This document shows positions 58,273 to 64,000 of a stretch of 64,000 nucleotides of DNA, piece by piece (the stretch's first letter is position 1; each line of letters begins with the position of its first letter). The position numbers and the translations under genes are program-made. The stretch spans positions 128,001 to 192,000 of the IMG/VR virus record IMGVR_UViG_3300033066_000693. The stretch is one strand, 5' to 3'. Origin of the DNA: a virus. A model generated the notes under the pieces. It had not been told where the DNA came from. It searched no databases and worked only from the letters and a program-made list of their open reading frames with translations.

Positions 58273-59852
58273 TACGTAGCTTCATTCCAGTCAATAGTTA
58301 GAGTTCCGGTCTTCAGTCCAACAACGTCGGTAGGGAATACAAGAGTAAAGACTCCTGCATTTGCGTTATTAGGAGTTAGAGTCAAAGGGAAAGCAGGCGT
58401 TCCTTGAATCTGTACATCGCCGCTTACGGAAACGGAGTTGATTACGATGCTCTTATAAATACCGCTGTTCTTTAGTGAATAAGACTTCGTGAAAGATTTT
58501 CCTCTGTCCAATGTTCCCAAAGAGAACTCTGCACCATCTACAATAGCCGTTCCAGAAAGAACAAAATCAAGCTTAGCCTGCGGAAGTATGGCATAGTTTA
58601 GCGTAATAGTATAAACATTGTTCGTTGGATCATTTGAAACAACTGATATTCTAACGCTCTTGTTTCCTAAATCTGAAGTTTGAAGATTGAGGTTGATATT
58701 GCCGCTAGAGTTTTGAACTATTGTACTTCCAGTTCCAACTGAACCGCTCGCTACCGTTCCGTCGCCAGTAACGCTTATAACAGAGATTGACAATGCATCA
58801 GTACCAGAATTGCTTACTACCACTGTTGCTGTTGTACTAATGTCTTCAGGAACCGAAGGAATAGACAATATGCCATTCTTTGCTACAACAACATTATTGT
58901 ACTTCAAAGCGATAACAGGATGTCCCTGAGGAGGAGCAGCGATAGCTGTAAAGAAAATGGTGATGTAAAACAGCGGATATGTTGGATCGTCAGTGCTTAT
59001 GTACAATGTGCCTGTATAAGTACCCGCAACGCCAGCAGAGCAATCAACATTGAACGTTATTTCGGTTCCTGCGTCTTGGCTATATGCAGCAACGCCAGTA
59101 ACGGGGCAGTTAGCGATCTTCATTGTTCCAGTATCCGTATATATGCCGCCAGCAGGATAAGATAGTTTGGCTTCAGAAGAATTCACTATATGAAAAGTAA
59201 GTCTATTAACGGATGAAACAAGAACTGTTCCTAGATTAATAGATCCGCCATATTCAAGTGCATTTGGACTAAAACTTGGCTCTGTAAGGGTATATGAAGG
59301 AAGCAACCCTTCAGTATATTCAACTTCCATTTGTATCTGAAAAAGCTTGATGTTACAAGAAGTTGTGCTTGATTTAACATGAAAGTACAACTCAAAAGCG
59401 AAATACGGGGATGTTACATCTGCTAGATCAGGGAAATTAGCTTCGCTATATGTGGCCACATATTCTAAAGTGTCTTCGATTGCCGACGTATCGTATTCTT
59501 CGCCTTCAATAGTAGTAGGAACAAAACCCAACGATTCGTGCTTATCTCCCCTCGTCATGTCCGGACCTTTAACTTCAACTAACGAATAAGAACCTCCGGC
59601 ATCTCCCTTGTATCTTGCTCTAAAAGTTACCTTAGATACAACACTTCCTTCTGGGATATCGCGAATCAGTTCTTCTCTATTGAAGCTTGCTCGATAGATA
59701 TAAGTATCTTCTTCGCTCTCGCAAACAGCAGCGGCGTAACTTAATTCTGTAATATTTTGACCAAGAGCGTCCTCTGGCTTAGACCAAATAACTCCCTTGT
59801 TATCAATAAGTTCATAAGAAAGAGCATAGACTTGAACAAATGGATTAGCCAT
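58272..59852 (-). CDS. Ig-like/ASH-like repeat structural protein (paralogue of 59862..61046)
   Basis: The C-terminal half is built of repeated beta-sandwich-like units (for example ISVISVTGDGT...NSGTDALS) and ends TLTIDWNEAT. It is paralogous to the upstream neighbour, which ends INVQWEVAS. Confidence 0.6.
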   Translation of the reverse strand: MANPFVQVYALSYELIDNKGVIWSKPEDALGQNITELSYAAAVCESEEDTYIYRASFNREELIRDIPEGSVVSKVTFRARYKGDAGGSYSLVEVKGPDMTRGDKHESLGFVPTTIEGEEYDTSAIEDTLEYVATYSEANFPDLADVTSPYFAFELYFHVKSSTTSCNIKLFQIQMEVEYTEGLLPSYTLTEPSFSPNALEYGGSINLGTVLVSSVNRLTFHIVNSSEAKLSYPAGGIYTDTGTMKIANCPVTGVAAYSQDAGTEITFNVDCSAGVAGTYTGTLYISTDDPTYPLFYITIFFTAIAAPPQGHPVIALKYNNVVVAKNGILSIPSVPEDISTTATVVVSNSGTDALSISVISVTGDGTVASGSVGTGSTIVQNSSGNINLNLQTSDLGNKSVRISVVSNDPTNNVYTITLNYAILPQAKLDFVLSGTAIVDGAEFSLGTLDRGKSFTKSYSLKNSGIYKSIVINSVSVSGDVQIQGTPAFPLTLTPNNANAGVFTLVFPTDVVGLKTGTLTIDWNEAT

Positions 59853-59861
59853 AGTTATTCC

Positions 59862-61046
59862 TTATGAAGCAACTTCCCATTGTACATTTATCGAAGCGTT
59901 TCTTGTTCCAAGAGAAGACGAACCAAACTTGGCAGTAAACTGAAGAACATTAGCCTCTCTCGGCTGAAGAACAACAGGTAGCAATGGAATCCCTTGAAGC
60001 TGTACGTCTCCTGTAGGAATAATGCCCAAAATGCGAATGTTATAGAAGATTCCTCGATTACTTGCAGAGATAGTCTTCAGAATATTTGACCTTCTGCTAA
60101 AAGACCCAAGATTAACCGTTTCGTCATCAGACACTTCTTCGCTAGATTCTTTTACAACCAAATCAAAAGCCTTAGCAATAGTATACGTTATGGTTACATT
60201 AAACGGATTTTTGTTAGTTCCAGTATCGTTAGAGATAATGGAAATATGCAATGTCTTGGTTCCTAATGTTGAAGAATCCAGTCTAATAGTAAACTGACTT
60301 GAAGCTCCAAATGACAGAGTTACAGCTTGACCATTGACAGGATTAACTACCAAAGACGCGCCGCCAGAATCAGGAATGCCTATACCTTGATCTGGTATAA
60401 TCAAAGAAGGCGTTCCATAGTTAAATATGTCAAAGTTGACATTGTTTGTGGTGTCAAATGGGAAGCTTCCTAGATTCACCGTGCTTTGGTCAGGAATAAT
60501 TGTACCTCCGTAAAGCAGGTTTATGTCAGGAGAAACTGCGGAAGCTGCCGTAACTGTAAAATTAACATTGAAGAAAAATGGAGTGCCAGAACTGGCGGTT
60601 TCCGTTGGGTCATTAGACAAAATCTTGTAATGGATTGCTTTTGCGCCAAGAGCGCTTGTAGTCAACGTAGTTGTAAATGTAGTTGACTCACCTCTATTTA
60701 GATTAACTGCGTGTCCAGTAGACGGATTAACGGTAATAGACCCGTCTCCGCTAAGAATAGATATACCGTTTGCGCTTATGGATAGAACGCTGCCAGCTTC
60801 TCCTACATTACCAACAGTAATAACAATGGTTTGAGAAGTGTTTTGAACGAAGGAGCCTATATTCCTAGATAAAGACGCGCTGTTCGTAAATAGAACAGAG
60901 CTATAAATAACTTGAATTCTAGGAGAAGGAAACTCATTTTCAACGCCTACGCCACCCTCATCAGGTATAATGAGAACGTCTTCTCCTGATTCAAACTGAA
61001 TATCTTCGCCACCGGGCATTAGGTCGTCACTTGGAATATCAGGCAT
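59862..61046 (-). CDS. Ig-like/ASH-like repeat structural protein
   Basis: 394 aa with repeated units of the form SISANGISILSGDGSITVNPSTGHAVNLNRGESTTF. Confidence 0.6.
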   Translation of the reverse strand: MPDIPSDDLMPGGEDIQFESGEDVLIIPDEGGVGVENEFPSPRIQVIYSSVLFTNSASLSRNIGSFVQNTSQTIVITVGNVGEAGSVLSISANGISILSGDGSITVNPSTGHAVNLNRGESTTFTTTLTTSALGAKAIHYKILSNDPTETASSGTPFFFNVNFTVTAASAVSPDINLLYGGTIIPDQSTVNLGSFPFDTTNNVNFDIFNYGTPSLIIPDQGIGIPDSGGASLVVNPVNGQAVTLSFGASSQFTIRLDSSTLGTKTLHISIISNDTGTNKNPFNVTITYTIAKAFDLVVKESSEEVSDDETVNLGSFSRRSNILKTISASNRGIFYNIRILGIIPTGDVQLQGIPLLPVVLQPREANVLQFTAKFGSSSLGTRNASINVQWEVAS

Positions 61047-61065
61047 GTTCTCTCCTACTCGTCAT

Positions 61066-63885
61066 TTAGGTTGCTCCCTCGACTCCGCCACCTGTTGTTC
61101 CAGCGTCTCCGGTAGACGGCGGGATAAATCCTGTATCATTGTTAAGAGGCCCCTCGCCTCCACCAATCCATTTGGTACTTCCAAAGTCCTTAGAAGTTGT
61201 TTCTCCAAGGCCAAATTTTCTTATCTTATAGTAGTCCGGAGAGCCAAATGAACCCTTTATGTCGTCTCCAAGGTACTTGTCCCTAAAGACCGTAAAGTTG
61301 TTGAACACAGAGACTTTTTGATCCAAACTTCTACTAGACAAAATGTTCTCTACTCTATAAGCCAAATCATCAAAAGTCAAAGGCTTGCATTGTCCGGGTA
61401 CGTCTACAACAATAACTGCCAATCCGTCAATGTTACAGATGCCATCGTCAGGCATTACAACAAACGAACTGCTATAAACTCCTTCGGCTATTTTAGTCAT
61501 AGCAAGACCTAATTGATCGCTTAGTCCTTGCTGATATACGCTCATAGTTAGCTTGTTAGACAGAGATAGTCTATCTACTGTTTGTAGCTTCTCCAAGAGT
61601 TGAATCTTTTTCTTATCTTTGAACTCAATCCTAGCGTAAATCGTAGTTTCTTGCGTTACGGCCTCATTGATAGAACCAAGATTTTCGTCGTCAATCAAAG
61701 TTGGTGTACTAAACTCGCTAACAACCATATAGTTCTTGAACTTAGGAACAGGCTTGGTAAATGCGCTATCGAAGAACAAGTCAATCTTGTAGTCGAGGTT
61801 GTCATAGATTGCCATGAAATCAACGCAGAACGTTTCTGTCTTACCGAAGAAGGTTAGGATCTCGCAACAGACTTTCTTTGTTCCGTTTCCAGCAGAAGCT
61901 ACCCAAGGGGCTGTAAATCTATTTCTCTGAGTAAAGAATGCTCTGAAGAATGACCTTTCTGCTTCTGTGCTTGCTGTATCAGTTTGAGATTGCGACGGGA
62001 GATCAGGACCGATTGGCAGCCATTCTGTCCAGTCTTCATCATTCTCGTTTTTCAAACGATATGCATAGGTTCCCGGAACTCCCAAAATATCCAGTTCTAT
62101 AAAACAATCATTTATGACTGGAATAGGAGATTGAAGATCTAGATAGGTAGAGAATGCTATGTATTTTCCAGAAATGCGAATCTTCTGATACTGAGCAACG
62201 TCTCTGTCAGGAGCGCCTCCAACCACAAAGAACGAAGAATCTGTTTCGTCTGTAAACATGCAAGGCAGTATTAGATCAGAATTCAATGATTCAAACTTAC
62301 AGCCAAGAGTACAAGATTGAGCATATACTCTGAACCCATCATGAGCTACCAAGTTTAGATTCTGGAACTGGTCAACAAAGATTGAAGCGTCATATAGAGA
62401 TTTGCCACCAGCCTTATATGTAGTCAATCTTCTGTCATATCCGCCTTGTCCTGAGCAAGTAAATGATTCTAGGACTGGATCATAGAGAGCCATGAAATAG
62501 TCAGGAGAGATAGCTCCTTGGTCTGATAGTATTCTTGTATACCTATAGTCTTGCCATACAATGTAGAACAGATCAAAGTCTGTAACTTTAACTTTAGGGA
62601 ATAGACTCCTATTATCTGTTTGCGAAATACGGAAATCATCAAATCCTTGACCGCTACATACCCATGTAGACGAGTCTCGGTCCTTTCTCCATAGATCTGA
62701 GTCTGTTTTCGAACAAGGACAAATAAACTGGAACTGATTTTCCAAAGTAAAGATGTTATCCACAACGCTCTCTATTGTAACGTAATACGTTACTCCACAA
62801 AGAAGAGACTGACGGATAATGCTTCCGTTCTGCATCTTGATTTGAGATTCATACATTTCAAACGGCAAGATTTCAGGAACATAGATAGCGCTTATCTCTT
62901 GACTTGGCGTAACCAAAAGACCGCCAGCGGGGAATGGAGTAGAGCCTGATTTCCAACCCAAGCTGTCAACCTTAGAGAAGGATGACATAATAGGATTGGT
63001 TCTTTCTGCGTCTGCATAGAATGAAACTCTGAAGTGGACATTCTTATTGGAGTTATGGTTGTTGATGAATGAACAGTTTACGTCGCATCGAGAAGACTGA
63101 GTAATGGGGCAATAGTAAACGAATTCGTTTTCTCCAATAGACTCTGTATCGTCTTGAAGTATAACTCTGATTTCATCAATAGCAGGATCGACTGTCATGT
63201 ATATTGTCAATGTCTTACGGTCTGCCGAAACTTGCAAAGTATCTATAGCTTCTAATCCTGCACCTGTAGTTTCATGATATGTTACACCGCTAACTCCGAA
63301 ATATCGCTTGCTAGAAACCAAGGAGCTTCCGCTAGTGAACATAGCAACTATTGGCGAAGTGAAAGTTATAGTTGCAGAAACTTCTCCCGCAGACCCAATA
63401 GGATCAAAGTGCAATAGAATGCTCTTAACTCTATCTCCTCGTTTCGCGCCGGGAAGCTTTGTAAGAGGACTTGCAAAAGACACGCCAGTAACAGGAGAAA
63501 CATTGAAGAAAGACAATCCTTGCGGGTTTATGCCAACTGGCGTTTCATCATTGAATTCCAAGAATGCTCGAATGAGATTATTAGCTTCATATCGAGTAGA
63601 CTTAAGATTGAGTCCAGAATACGGATGAACAATCTGTATATTGGTAGATTTTGAAATGTCTATTGGATTCGCATTGATCTGGAACTGAGCAACAACATAG
63701 AGAACTTTATCAGAAAGACCGTCTTCATACGATGGACTATAGCTTACTACGTAGCTAGACTCTGCCGTAGCAGTAACTCCATTGTAAGGAAGCTGAGTAT
63801 CGTCTATGCGCCAGCCATTGATATTTGCAGAAGAGGAAATCGTTTTGTAAAGAGTCTGATACTCTCTGTCTTCATAGAACAACAA
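61066..63885 (-). CDS. large (939 aa) structural protein with Gly-rich C-terminus
   Basis: Long ORF ending GGGEGPLNNDTGFIPPSTGDAGTTGGGVEGAT. Coding appears to continue upstream beyond the window edge. Confidence 0.65.
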   Translation of the reverse strand: MLFYEDREYQTLYKTISSSANINGWRIDDTQLPYNGVTATAESSYVVSYSPSYEDGLSDKVLYVVAQFQINANPIDISKSTNIQIVHPYSGLNLKSTRYEANNLIRAFLEFNDETPVGINPQGLSFFNVSPVTGVSFASPLTKLPGAKRGDRVKSILLHFDPIGSAGEVSATITFTSPIVAMFTSGSSLVSSKRYFGVSGVTYHETTGAGLEAIDTLQVSADRKTLTIYMTVDPAIDEIRVILQDDTESIGENEFVYYCPITQSSRCDVNCSFINNHNSNKNVHFRVSFYADAERTNPIMSSFSKVDSLGWKSGSTPFPAGGLLVTPSQEISAIYVPEILPFEMYESQIKMQNGSIIRQSLLCGVTYYVTIESVVDNIFTLENQFQFICPCSKTDSDLWRKDRDSSTWVCSGQGFDDFRISQTDNRSLFPKVKVTDFDLFYIVWQDYRYTRILSDQGAISPDYFMALYDPVLESFTCSGQGGYDRRLTTYKAGGKSLYDASIFVDQFQNLNLVAHDGFRVYAQSCTLGCKFESLNSDLILPCMFTDETDSSFFVVGGAPDRDVAQYQKIRISGKYIAFSTYLDLQSPIPVINDCFIELDILGVPGTYAYRLKNENDEDWTEWLPIGPDLPSQSQTDTASTEAERSFFRAFFTQRNRFTAPWVASAGNGTKKVCCEILTFFGKTETFCVDFMAIYDNLDYKIDLFFDSAFTKPVPKFKNYMVVSEFSTPTLIDDENLGSINEAVTQETTIYARIEFKDKKKIQLLEKLQTVDRLSLSNKLTMSVYQQGLSDQLGLAMTKIAEGVYSSSFVVMPDDGICNIDGLAVIVVDVPGQCKPLTFDDLAYRVENILSSRSLDQKVSVFNNFTVFRDKYLGDDIKGSFGSPDYYKIRKFGLGETTSKDFGSTKWIGGGEGPLNNDTGFIPPSTGDAGTTGGGVEGAT

Positions 63886-64000
63886 GTTGAAATGGAACTG
63901 ATTGTTTGTAGGAGCCGTAAACTCAAACTCGATTCCACAGTTTAGCTGAGAAATGGGCAGAGTATACGGGTCGAAGACTGGATCGATATTGCTGTTCCAT

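Noticed and set aside
27279-63885. Assignment as a crAss-like or Bacteroides phage, based on giant tail proteins and Y_Y_Y/BNR propellers.
   Set aside because: Genes use clear SD motifs, and the polymerase is DnaE-type rather than PolA or PolB. Neither is typical of crAss-like phages of Bacteroidota, so taxonomy is left open.

Overview
The window is a densely packed, strictly unidirectional gene array: every credible gene is on the minus strand, coding density is about 98%, and genes are joined by 1-, 4- or 8-nt overlaps typical of translational coupling. Gene content points to a large tailed dsDNA phage or prophage of a host that uses Shine-Dalgarno sites, since several starts sit behind GGAGG- or AAGGAG-type motifs.

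Three blocks, in transcription order from high to low coordinates:

- Roughly 27.3-63.9 kb: giant structural or adhesin-like proteins of 939, 1524, 1449, 2754 and 3246 aa plus mid-sized paralogues. They are built from FN3/Ig-like repeats, beta-propellers (Kelch, BNR-like, Y_Y_Y-like), a LamG/ConA-like lectin fold, a vWA-like MIDAS motif and Gly/Ser-rich linkers.
- A GT2-GT4-GT2 glycosyltransferase trio at 24.7-27.3 kb, followed by an Mre11/SbcD-like metallophosphoesterase.
- A replication and DNA-modification module: an SF2 helicase, a DnaB-family helicase, a CHC2 zinc-finger primase-like protein, a putative DnaC-like loader and four DNA methyltransferases (two D12/Dam-class, two beta-class). 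It also holds a classical AAA ATPase interrupted by a LAGLIDADG intein, a phage-encoded translation initiation factor IF3, and a PHP-domain DnaE-type polymerase.

The DnaE polymerase is split into two ORFs at the catalytic palm. A 2.2-kb four-gene cassette separates the halves: a class-II aaRS-like minimal core, a MazG-like protein, a Dam MTase and an unknown protein.

No rRNA, tRNA or CRISPR arrays are supported. All plus-strand ORFs look like shadow ORFs.
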